A DNA stretch of 64,000 nt, taken from positions 128,001-192,000 of the forward strand of contig JBCCHT010000004.1 of assembly GCA_039028615.1 (NCBI GenBank), written 5' to 3'. Positions 40,065 through 48,853 of this stretch are shown here, one piece after another. The translations under genes were made by a program, and so were the position numbers. The notes below the pieces were generated by a model. That model ran no database searches, had not been told where the DNA came from, and saw nothing but the letters and a program-made list of their open reading frames with translations. This DNA is from Myxococcota bacterium. GTDB taxonomy: Bacteria; Myxococcota_A; Polyangia; Nannocystales; Nannocystaceae. Within the stretch, counting starts at the first letter, position 1; the number at the start of each line of letters is the position of its first letter.

Positions 40065-41670
40065 ACGCGGCCGTGGTCTTCGCCTGTGGGCTCTGCTGGC
40101 GGTGTTGCTCGCGTTGGTGCTCCACGGGCGCTCCGGCACCGCCGAGGCCACCCCCGCCGCATCCTCACCGCGCGTCCAGATCGCGGCCAAGAACTTCACC
40201 GAGGGTCGCTTGCTGGCCGAGATCATGGCCCAGCTCATCGAGCAACACACCGAGCTCGAGGTCGACCGACGCTACAACCTGGGGGGCACCACCGTCCTGT
40301 TCTCCGCGCTGAAGAGCGGGGAGATCGACCTCTACGTCGAGTACACGGGCACGGCGTGGACGGTGATGCTCGAAGACCCCGAGAAGATCACGAGCCCGCT
40401 GCGCGCCTTCCTCACGGTGCGGCACGAGTTCGAGACTCGCTGGGACCTGCACTGGCTCGACCCCTTCGGCTTCAGCAACAGCTACGCGCTGGGCATGGCC
40501 GAATCTCGAGCAGAAGAACTCGGCATCGAGCGCATCTCCGACCTGCGCCCGCACCTGTCCACCCTACGTCTGGGCTTCAGCTACGAGTTCCTCGAGCGCG
40601 AAGACGGCTTCCCCGGCCTCGCCAAGGCCTATGACTTTCCCGCCCATACCCCACGGGGCATGGAGCACGGCCTCGCCTACCAGGCGTTGGCACAGGGCGA
40701 GATCGACGTCGTCGACACCTACACCACCGATGGCAAGCTGCGCGCCTACTCGGTGCGGGTGCTCGAAGACGACGCGCGCTTCTTTCCGCCCTACGATGCC
40801 GCACCGCTCGTTCGCGGCGAGCTGCTCCGCTCGCACCCCGAGCTGGGCCCGCTGCTACATCGGCTCGCCTTCACGCTCGATGCCCGGCGCATGAGCGACC
40901 TCAACCACGCGGTCGAGGACGAAGGGCTCGACTTCGACGTGGTCGCCGCTCGCTTCCTGAAGGAAGAGGGCCTCCTCGTCGGCGATCCCGAGGCCACCGC
41001 GGCCGAGCCGGCCGCCGACGGCCTGCTGGCGCTGATGTGGGACCGCCGCGGCGAGATCACCCGACTCGCGGGCGAGCACCTGGGGCTCACCGGACTCGCC
41101 GTGTTGCTGGCCATCCTGTTCGCGGTGCCGACCGGCCTGTGGCTCACCCGCCACGAGCGCTGGGCCGGCCTGGTGATCGGCACCACGGGCGTCATCCAGA
41201 CGATCCCGAGCCTCGCGCTGCTGGCCTTCATGATCCCCATCCCTGGCCTGGGCCTGGGCACCAACTCCGCCGTGGTCGCGCTGTTCCTCTACGCGCTGCT
41301 GCCCATCGTCCGCAACACCTACGCCGGGATCCGCGAGGTCGATCCCGACCTCATCGAGGCCGCCCGCGGCATGGGCCTGCGCGACCTCCAGCTCCTGCGC
41401 CTGGTCGAGCTGCCCCTGGCCACGCGCACGATCATGGCGGGCATTCGGACCTCCACCGTGATCAGCATCGGCGTCGCCACGCTGGCCGCGTTCGTAGGGG
41501 CCGGTGGCCTGGGTCACCTCATCATCACCGGTCTCCAGCTCAACGACACCCGGCTGATCCTCTCGGGTGCGCTTCCGGCCGCGCTGCTGGCTTTGCTCTT
41601 CGACATGCTCCTGGGACGGCTGGAGCACCGACTCGCGCCCGCCGGCCTGGAACAAGGCAGCGACGGCTGA
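40057..41670 (+). CDS. Glycine betaine/choline ABC transporter, fused substrate-binding + permease
   Basis: KNFTE, YVEYTGT, FPPYDA (OpuAC); QTIPSLAL and EAARGMG (permease EAA loop). Confidence 0.93.
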   Translation: MRRRGRGLRLWALLAVLLALVLHGRSGTAEATPAASSPRVQIAAKNFTEGRLLAEIMAQLIEQHTELEVDRRYNLGGTTVLFSALKSGEIDLYVEYTGTAWTVMLEDPEKITSPLRAFLTVRHEFETRWDLHWLDPFGFSNSYALGMAESRAEELGIERISDLRPHLSTLRLGFSYEFLEREDGFPGLAKAYDFPAHTPRGMEHGLAYQALAQGEIDVVDTYTTDGKLRAYSVRVLEDDARFFPPYDAAPLVRGELLRSHPELGPLLHRLAFTLDARRMSDLNHAVEDEGLDFDVVAARFLKEEGLLVGDPEATAAEPAADGLLALMWDRRGEITRLAGEHLGLTGLAVLLAILFAVPTGLWLTRHERWAGLVIGTTGVIQTIPSLALLAFMIPIPGLGLGTNSAVVALFLYALLPIVRNTYAGIREVDPDLIEAARGMGLRDLQLLRLVELPLATRTIMAGIRTSTVISIGVATLAAFVGAGGLGHLIITGLQLNDTRLILSGALPAALLALLFDMLLGRLEHRLAPAGLEQGSDG

Positions 41671-41751
41671 AGGCGGCCAACCGGGGCGCTCCCGGGTGAT
41701 TGTCGCGGGTTGGCCCCCTGCCACCGCAGCGACTGTTACCCTCGGAGCGAC

Positions 41752-43071
41752 ATGTTCGGGCTCGCCGTCGCGCTCGCGGCCGCCCTGGGCTCCCCCGCCA
41801 CCCCCCGCACGAGCGGACCGGGGGGTCCCTTTGCCACCGCCGCGAGTCATGCACTGCCCGCCGATCGCCCCGCGCGTTCGGCCAAGGCCCAGCACGCCAA
41901 GACCCGCAATCCCTCGCGGCCCGCCCCCGGCCCCCGCCTGTCACCGCGCGAAGAAGAAGCCCGCGGGTTTCGGGTCCGGGGCCACCGCATCCTGCCCGTG
42001 CCGACCTTCCGCGCCGAGCCTTCGGTCGGCCTGACCCTGGGCCTGCGCGGGCGCTACGTCTATCGGCCGCCCGGCGAGACCTTCCACCGGGCACGGCTGG
42101 ACATTGTGGGCCGCGTGTCCACCAAGCGGGTCCAGGACCACACCGTCGACCTCCAGCTCCGCGACCTGCTGCATCGCCAGGAGATCATCGACGTCTCGTT
42201 TCGCTTCAACGACGACCCCGTGTTCCCCTACCCCGGCGTCGCCAATTTCGATCGCCTGTCCGGGCGCGAGCTGCTCGACCCCTTCTATCAGGTTCACCTG
42301 CGCTCCATCGGGGGTGCCGTGGACTACCAGCGCCCCTTTGCCGTGTTCGAGCGCGGGAAGCTGGGCATCGAGACCACCGGCTACGCGCGATGGTTTCTGG
42401 GGGCCCGCTTCGCCCACGACCGCATCGAGGCCGAGCCCGACACGCTGTACACCGACGACGGTGGCCGCGAGCGCACCGTGCTGCGCCGCGGTGGTTTCTT
42501 CGGTGGCCTCGCCTGGGACAGCCGCGACAACCCCTGGAGCCCCACCCGCGGCTCGCTGCACGACTTGAGCATCGAGCTGGGCGGGCCGTGGGCGGCCAGC
42601 ACTCGCCACTGGGCGCGCTTCAACGGCTCGGCTCGTTTCTATCGTCCGCTGGGCACGCCCAAGCTCATCTTGGGCAACCAATTCCTGGCCGATGCCATCC
42701 TCGGCGACGCGCCGCTGGTGAGCCAGGGCGAATTCGGCGGGCTGCTCGTCCGCGAGGGCATCGGTGGGCGCGACACCGGCCGCGGCTACTTCCGTCGGCG
42801 CTTCATCGGCCCCACCAAGCTCTACGCCAGCGTCGAGCTGCGCATCGAGCCGCACGAGTTCCGCATCTTCAAGCGCACGCTCACTCCGGCCATCAAGGGC
42901 TTCATGGACGTGGGCTACGTGCGCGGCCCCGGGCAAGTGGGCGTGCAGCCCATCATCTCGGGAGGCCCCGGCGTGTACTTCATCTGGGACCGCTTCTTCG
43001 TGTTCCGCATCGACGCCGGCTTCAGCCCCGAAGGCCGCGGCATCTACTTCACGACCAATCACGCGTTCTGA
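41752..43071 (+). CDS. Omp85/BamA-TamA-like beta-barrel protein without evident POTRA domains
   Basis: Signal peptide; WDSRDNPWSPTRG, GG..TGRGY...RFIG, ASVELR; C-terminal HAF. Confidence 0.75.
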   Translation: MFGLAVALAAALGSPATPRTSGPGGPFATAASHALPADRPARSAKAQHAKTRNPSRPAPGPRLSPREEEARGFRVRGHRILPVPTFRAEPSVGLTLGLRGRYVYRPPGETFHRARLDIVGRVSTKRVQDHTVDLQLRDLLHRQEIIDVSFRFNDDPVFPYPGVANFDRLSGRELLDPFYQVHLRSIGGAVDYQRPFAVFERGKLGIETTGYARWFLGARFAHDRIEAEPDTLYTDDGGRERTVLRRGGFFGGLAWDSRDNPWSPTRGSLHDLSIELGGPWAASTRHWARFNGSARFYRPLGTPKLILGNQFLADAILGDAPLVSQGEFGGLLVREGIGGRDTGRGYFRRRFIGPTKLYASVELRIEPHEFRIFKRTLTPAIKGFMDVGYVRGPGQVGVQPIISGGPGVYFIWDRFFVFRIDAGFSPEGRGIYFTTNHAF

Positions 43072-43099
43072 CGCCGCTTCGTGCTCAGGAGCCATCCCC

Positions 43100-44365
43100 G
43101 TGACCAGCGACCGCCACGACTCCGTCCTCATCAGCATCGACTGGATCTCGTTTCGCTACTTCTTCCGCCGAAATTTCCGTGCGTACCTGCTGGTGATCAC
43201 CGCGGATACCAACGGCAACCTCGAGGTCTACGAGTCCCCCGAGATCTACTCCATCCTCCATCGCCCGATACGAGACAAGCCAGCCACCATCGACTTCGGC
43301 TTCGACGGGTTCGTGATCTACTCGTCCACGGGCAACGTGCCCGACCTGGTGCGCTTCGACGTGTTCGTGGTCAAAGACCGCTCCAAGGGCCGCAAGGTCG
43401 GCGCGCTGCGGCAGATGCTCCGCGACTCGTCCGACTTCGAATCCGCCCTGGCCACCGCCAAGGATGCGGTGGGGTCCTCGTCGAACGGCGCGGCCGCCAG
43501 CTCCGTCGCCACCGCGGTCACCCCCGTGCTCGACCTGGTGGGGGGCATGGTCGAGAGGATGGACGACAAGGTCATCGAGGCCTACTCCGGCAGCAAGATC
43601 TTCGACGTCGCCATGGTGCGCTGGAGCGAAGACGAGCCGCGCAAGCGGTTGGACCAGTCCATCGTCTCGCCCACGGGCAACATCGAGACCAAGGTCGACA
43701 TCACCCTGTTCCAGCGGCAGTCCGACCCCTCGGGTGAGACCGAGACCACGGACACCCCGGAGGACCCCACCGACGGCCCCGATGCGCCGCCGGTCGACGC
43801 CCCGCCGCCCGTCGTCACGTCGACCGAGCCGCGCCGTATCGCAGACGAGCCGATCACCGAGCCGGAGAAGGTCGCGGTGTCGCTTCGTCGCCCGCGCATC
43901 CTGTTCCGCACCGGTTGGATCATGGCGGCTTCGGTCATTCCGTTCATCGCCTTGGCCGCGGCCGTCGACGAATCGTCCTCGGACGCCGCCGTCGCCTTTT
44001 TGATCCTCGCGGCCCTCGCCCTCATCGTCAGCCCCGGCTTCATCTACGGCGCAGGACGATGGGCTCGAGCCCGCCTCAACAAAAAGGGCCTCACCCGCCT
44101 GGGCTGGGTCGCGGTCGTCTTTCACCTCGTGAGCCTCGGCGTCATCGGGCTCGGCGGTGTGATCCTCGCATCCGCGTTCACCATCTCGGTCGTGCAGCAA
44201 GGAGCCAGCAGCATCGGAGAGGCAATCGGCCAGATCTTCGCGCAGTTCATCGCGATGATCTTCGTCGCCGCGCTGGGTCTGACGATCATGTTCTTCTTCT
44301 CGTTGTTCCCCGCGCTGATCTCGGTCATCACGGCGCTGGTCTTCGGACGACGGGAGACCCGATAG
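43100..44365 (+). CDS. Uncharacterised protein: novel N-domain (paralog of 44479) + acidic/Pro linker + about 4 TM helices
   Basis: GTG 43100 with RBS AGGAG; shares DSVLISID...IDFGFDG...VFVVxDRS...SGSKIFD with the next gene. Confidence 0.8.
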   Translation: MTSDRHDSVLISIDWISFRYFFRRNFRAYLLVITADTNGNLEVYESPEIYSILHRPIRDKPATIDFGFDGFVIYSSTGNVPDLVRFDVFVVKDRSKGRKVGALRQMLRDSSDFESALATAKDAVGSSSNGAAASSVATAVTPVLDLVGGMVERMDDKVIEAYSGSKIFDVAMVRWSEDEPRKRLDQSIVSPTGNIETKVDITLFQRQSDPSGETETTDTPEDPTDGPDAPPVDAPPPVVTSTEPRRIADEPITEPEKVAVSLRRPRILFRTGWIMAASVIPFIALAAAVDESSSDAAVAFLILAALALIVSPGFIYGAGRWARARLNKKGLTRLGWVAVVFHLVSLGVIGLGGVILASAFTISVVQQGASSIGEAIGQIFAQFIAMIFVAALGLTIMFFFSLFPALISVITALVFGRRETR

Positions 44366-44478
44366 CGCGGCTCGATCTCGAACGACTCGCGGGCCGCTCG
44401 TCCCATGCCGCCACGATGGCTGCCCTCGGGGGCATCTGATACCGTCGACTTCGTAATCGTCTTGCTGGATCACCGTCG

Positions 44479-45438
44479 ATGACCGAGACCGAGCCCGCCA
44501 ACGAAGCCGAGTCTGTCCCCGCAACCGAGGCCACGAGCGAGCCTGCGCCTGCCAGCGAGGCCGCCCCCGCTCCCGTGTCCGCCAGCGAAGCTACGCCCGC
44601 GGCTGCCAGCGAGCCCGCCCCTGCTCCCGCCGCCACACCTGCGCCCGCCAGTGCCCCCGCACCTGCTCCTGCGCCCGCTCCCGCCAGCGAAGCCGCACCT
44701 GCCCCTGCGCCCTCGCCTTCAATCGAGGTCGCGGCACCGCCCGCCCCCGAGACCCCAGCCGAGGACGAACACCCGCCGGGCAACGACTCGGTGCTCATCA
44801 GCATCGATCGCATCGACTTCTTCTACCGCTTGTGGCGTCGCTTCCAGGCCTACTTCGTGGTCGTGTCCTGCGACACCAACGGCACCATCTACATCTGCGA
44901 GTCACCGCAGACCTACCCCCTGTTGCATCGTCCGGTCCGCAACAAACCCGGGCGCATCGACTTCGGCTTCGACGGCTACCCGATCTACGTCTCGGTGGGC
45001 GCCGTCCCGAGCCTGGTGAAGTACGAGGTCTTCGTCGTCCGCGACCGCAGCCGCGCTCGAGAGGCCGGCATCTTGCTCAACGAAGTCGGCGCCTCGGGCC
45101 TGCTCGACTCCACCATCGGCAACGTCAAGACGGCCCTGACCGCGGCTGGCTCGGCCGCCGGGGCCGCCATCGGCACCGCGGTCGAGGCCGCCATCGGTCC
45201 CGTCACCCAAGCGGTGGGTGCCACCATCGCCAGCATGGGCGACAAGGTGGTGGCGTCCTGCTCCGGCAGCAAGATCTTCGACGCCCGAACCATGGCGCTC
45301 AGCGAGCTGACCACGAAGGCCGAGTCCGAGGGCGGCAACGTCATCACCGAGCTGGACATCCTGCTCTTCGACCGCCGCGACGACGCCTACGACGAAGGCC
45401 TGGGGGCGAGCCTGCCCTCCCTCCACTCGGAGTACTGA
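44479..45438 (+). CDS. Uncharacterised protein: Ala/Pro/Glu repeat N-tail + novel domain (paralog of 43100)
   Basis: About 100-aa (SE)xAPAP low-complexity region, then the shared domain. Confidence 0.82.
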   Translation: MTETEPANEAESVPATEATSEPAPASEAAPAPVSASEATPAAASEPAPAPAATPAPASAPAPAPAPAPASEAAPAPAPSPSIEVAAPPAPETPAEDEHPPGNDSVLISIDRIDFFYRLWRRFQAYFVVVSCDTNGTIYICESPQTYPLLHRPVRNKPGRIDFGFDGYPIYVSVGAVPSLVKYEVFVVRDRSRAREAGILLNEVGASGLLDSTIGNVKTALTAAGSAAGAAIGTAVEAAIGPVTQAVGATIASMGDKVVASCSGSKIFDARTMALSELTTKAESEGGNVITELDILLFDRRDDAYDEGLGASLPSLHSEY

Positions 45439-45646
45439 GCCTGCCCCGCCCCCGTCGTCGACAGCTCGGCAGATGGTGTCGGAGCAGAAGGCTACGAACA
45501 CCCATCTTCGAATGATCCAGACGGGATCGACGGCTCGATTTCTCGCTCTTTCGCCGTCCCACGCCGGGCCGAATTGTCGTTCTGCCACTGGCGCCACGCA
45601 CGAAACGCTACCGACGACACGGCCCATCCGGTACGCTGATGTCGTA

Positions 45647-46798
45647 GTGAGGTCTCGAGTTTCGCAGCCATCGCAAGAGCGGGTCGGACACGCGCCGGGC
45701 CGCAGGGTTGATGTCGACGAGGTGAGCCGCTCGAATGCACTGGCCGAGACGGAATCGGCCGCACCTGCGGCCATCGACCTTCGCCAGGTGTCGGTCGGTG
45801 GAACCGCCGCGGGTCGGGGCTCGGGCGCTGGCGCCTGGCCGGGCTCCGTGACTTCGGACGGCGCCCAGCCGATCCAGCTCATGCGACGAAGGGACAATCG
45901 TAGTGCATGGCAACGCTACGCGCCGTACCTCCTCGGCGGGACGTCGCATCCATCGCTCGGAGACACGCGGAGCTATTGGCAACGAGTTGCGCCGACGAGG
46001 TTCGGAGGTCGGCCGATACCAGCCCCGCCTGCTACGGAAGCAGCATCGGGGAGCAGCGCCTCCGGCTCACACAGCGCCTCGGCGTCCAGTCGTACTTCCA
46101 GCTCGTCCGCCAGCAGTACGGCCGCCGTTTCACGCAGCACGCCCGCGTCCAGTCGTACTTCCAGCTCTTCCGCCAGCAGCACTGCCACCAGCACTGCCAC
46201 CGCCGTCCGTAGCGTGCCTGCGTCCAGCAGCACCTCGAGTTCCTCTGCCAGCAGCACGACCGCCGCGCCTCGCAGCGCGTCTGCATCCAGCAGCACCTCG
46301 AGTTCCTCTGCCAGCAGCACGACCGCCGCACCTCGCAGCGCGTCTGCATCCAGCAGCACCTCGAGTTCCTCTGCCAGCAGCACCGCCGCCTCCCGACCTC
46401 GGGTTCGGCCGAGAACGCTCGAGGAACTCCTGGTGGAGAACCTCCGCGCTCGAAGCAGGAACTACGAAGGCCTCCTCTCCGACTCCCGTGCCGGGCGAGA
46501 AGAATCGGAGGAGGACGAGGAGGAGGCGACCCCCATCGACCGTGGTGACCCACGCACGCTGGACGGCATCACCAACCTGGGTAGCATCGACGAAGAGCAC
46601 CACGACTACCTCCAACAGCGGCTGGATGCCTATAACCGCGGTCGGACGCGCGCCTTCAACTACCACACGGGAGTCGGAGGCGTGCCCACGATGGACGTCG
46701 GACGAGTCACGGGGGGCGGAGGCCGGGGTGATGGCCGGCTGCAGTTCCACGCGGACGGAACGATGACCGTCGTGGACCACCGCGGCCGAGAAGTCTAG
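45647..46798 (+). CDS. Ser-rich repeat protein with small C-terminal toxin-like domain
   Basis: Part of ORF 45473..46798; in-frame GTG 45647 lies 9 nt after TACGCT; 21-aa Ser repeats; compact C-terminal domain. Confidence 0.6.
   Translation: MRSRVSQPSQERVGHAPGRRVDVDEVSRSNALAETESAAPAAIDLRQVSVGGTAAGRGSGAGAWPGSVTSDGAQPIQLMRRRDNRSAWQRYAPYLLGGTSHPSLGDTRSYWQRVAPTRFGGRPIPAPPATEAASGSSASGSHSASASSRTSSSSASSTAAVSRSTPASSRTSSSSASSTATSTATAVRSVPASSSTSSSSASSTTAAPRSASASSSTSSSSASSTTAAPRSASASSSTSSSSASSTAASRPRVRPRTLEELLVENLRARSRNYEGLLSDSRAGREESEEDEEEATPIDRGDPRTLDGITNLGSIDEEHHDYLQQRLDAYNRGRTRAFNYHTGVGGVPTMDVGRVTGGGGRGDGRLQFHADGTMTVVDHRGREV
46085..46390 (+). repeat. 63-bp tandem repeat, about 5 units
   Basis: Units start at 46085, 46148, 46223, 46286 and 46349. 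One unit is 75 bp because of a 12-bp internal duplication. Each encodes SSSTSSSSASSTTAAPRSASA-like sequence. Confidence 0.92.
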
Positions 46799-46808
46799 GA
46801 CGACCCTG

Positions 46809-47912
46809 CTAGTTCGCGCGGGTGAGCCCGCGCCGATAGAAATTGCTGATCAACCGGTTCATGTAGACGAAAAGCGGCGTGTCGTCCCCGGTGATCTTCT
46901 GCCGCGCATAGTGGGCATAGACCAGCGCGCGAAAGACCGGATACGTCGAGATCGCGGTGAAGAACGGGTGGTTGTCCCAGCATGCGGGCCGCTCGAAGGG
47001 CGGCGGCGCATGCCGAACGGCGCACCCGATGGTGCAGGCATCGAGGTTCTCGACCTCGTGCCACCACCACGAGGTGTTCAGTAGCAAGTCGCCCGGCTCG
47101 AGCACGACCTCGTAGCGAGGAAAACGCTCGAAGATGGCCGACATCGTGCTGCGCTCCCCACGGCCCAGCCGCACGCTCCCATGCGCGGAGAAGCCCGACT
47201 GAAACGGATGCGCGGGCACGGGATGCAGCGCCGCGGTGTGCTCGGGATCGATGAGCGTCCACCGCTTGCGACCGGCGATCTGCATGAAGAAGTTGCCCCC
47301 CATCGCATGGTGCAGGGGGCTGCCCACGTGCGGAGAACCGAGGAACAGCTGCGTGGTGCTCAGCTCTTGCCACGAGGCATCGGGACGGCACAGCCCCCGC
47401 TGAATGCGATGCAGCTGCAAGTCCTCGAGCAGCCCGTCCGAGGCCATGATGAGCTCGGTGCTGTTGTTGAGGTACAGCGGCTCGTGTTGCATGCGGTCGG
47501 CGAACTCGTGGAAGGGCACCTCCATCATCGGGATGCGGCGGTTCCACAGCTCGTCCCAACGCAGCGGGGCACCGCCCCACACCAGACAGCGCGTCTGCCC
47601 GATCTGCGCGTTCAGGTAGTCGAGGTCCCACCGCTGCACCGCGGGCGTCTCGCGGACGAAGCCGCGGATCACCACCGGGTGCCGCATGTTCCGGGAAACC
47701 TCGAGGAAGCGAGCGCGCGTGAGCCCTTCGGCGGACAGCTCGGGCAAGGGCAATGCGCTGCGCGGCTCGGGAAAGTCCCGCGCCATCGCTCGGTGTACGA
47801 GCCAGGCCCGCGGCGAGAACAGCGGAGAGCTCGCGGGTGCGCCCCGCCACGCGTAGTGGTCGAGCAGCATCAGCGAGTAGATCGCGGCCTTCTCGAGCGT
47901 GTTCGGATCCAT
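46809..47912 (-). CDS. JmjC/Cupin_8-like 2OG-Fe(II) oxygenase
   Basis: PVVIRG, LFLG..VGSPLHH, NFFMQIAGRKRW, LEPGDLL...WWWHEVEN. Confidence 0.85.
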   Translation of the reverse strand: MDPNTLEKAAIYSLMLLDHYAWRGAPASSPLFSPRAWLVHRAMARDFPEPRSALPLPELSAEGLTRARFLEVSRNMRHPVVIRGFVRETPAVQRWDLDYLNAQIGQTRCLVWGGAPLRWDELWNRRIPMMEVPFHEFADRMQHEPLYLNNSTELIMASDGLLEDLQLHRIQRGLCRPDASWQELSTTQLFLGSPHVGSPLHHAMGGNFFMQIAGRKRWTLIDPEHTAALHPVPAHPFQSGFSAHGSVRLGRGERSTMSAIFERFPRYEVVLEPGDLLLNTSWWWHEVENLDACTIGCAVRHAPPPFERPACWDNHPFFTAISTYPVFRALVYAHYARQKITGDDTPLFVYMNRLISNFYRRGLTRAN

Positions 47913-47994
47913 CGGAAAAGCCCCCTTTCCCTACCGATGGATCTTTGTCCGCCCGCCCGTTGCCGTCAATTGGCACGACGGGAAAACGAGGCGC

Positions 47995-48669
47995 TCAGCA
48001 CTCGTTGAGACCGAGCTCGCCCCACGCGTGCTCGCACAGGTGCAGCGCAATCCCGGGGTTTTTCGGCACCTCGGGGCACCACATCATGTAGCAGGCCTGC
48101 TCTTCGGCCGACAAACCCATGCAGTCGTCCTCGCAGGCCTGCCGGGTGCCGAAGGGATACCCCTCGTACTCGGCACACTCGGTCTCGAGGCAGTCGCAGT
48201 GGGCCACGCACTCGACCGACACGGCACCGTCCCCGGTGCTGCCGTTGCCGTCCGAGGTGCTCTCCCCACCGTCGGTGCCGGACTCTTCGTGCCCTTCGGT
48301 GCCGCCGTCGTGGCCCTCGGTCTCGTGCCCGCCCGAGTCGTGCTCTCCCGACTCGTGCCCTCCGGTGCCCTCGCCATCGGTCTCGTGGCCCGAGTGGTCG
48401 TCGGTCTCATGCCCGCCCAAGGGCGGCGCCGCGTCGCAGACCGCCACGCACTCGTCCAACATGGGTGTGCAGACCTCAGCGTCGCCGTCGTGCGCGATGG
48501 CATGGCAGTCGTTGATCTGCCCTTCGCTACCGTCGTCCTTGGGGTGACAGGAGTCGATGATGATCTGGCACGCCTCGGCATTGGTCTCGATCGACTCGGT
48601 GGTGCTCGTGCAAGCGACGGCAAGGGCCCACGAAAGGCCCAGACTCGGGATCCACAGGTGGTGCTTCAT
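47995..48669 (-). CDS. His/Cys-rich lipoprotein (putative metal binding)
   Basis: LAVAC lipobox; CH..D...CH..AH motif; GHE repeats; Cys-rich C-domain. Confidence 0.75.
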   Translation of the reverse strand: MKHHLWIPSLGLSWALAVACTSTTESIETNAEACQIIIDSCHPKDDGSEGQINDCHAIAHDGDAEVCTPMLDECVAVCDAAPPLGGHETDDHSGHETDGEGTGGHESGEHDSGGHETEGHDGGTEGHEESGTDGGESTSDGNGSTGDGAVSVECVAHCDCLETECAEYEGYPFGTRQACEDDCMGLSAEEQACYMMWCPEVPKNPGIALHLCEHAWGELGLNEC

Positions 48670-48853
48670 CGGTTGGTTCGCTCGGCCTGGTCCTTAGCGA
48701 TCGCGAGCGAATCGACCCACGAGCGTGCTCACGAATCGGCGCCGCTGCGACGCCACGCCTCAGGGCTGCGACGCGGTGTCACGGGCGACCTCGCATCGGT
48801 TTCAGTCGAGGCGAACGACCACTGCGCGGCCCGTGGTCACGCCACCCAAGTGA

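Noticed and set aside
46085..46390. Regularly spaced repeats resembling a CRISPR array
   Set aside because: The whole 63-bp unit repeats, so there are no unique spacers. The period is a multiple of 3 within an ORF, and there are no cas genes.
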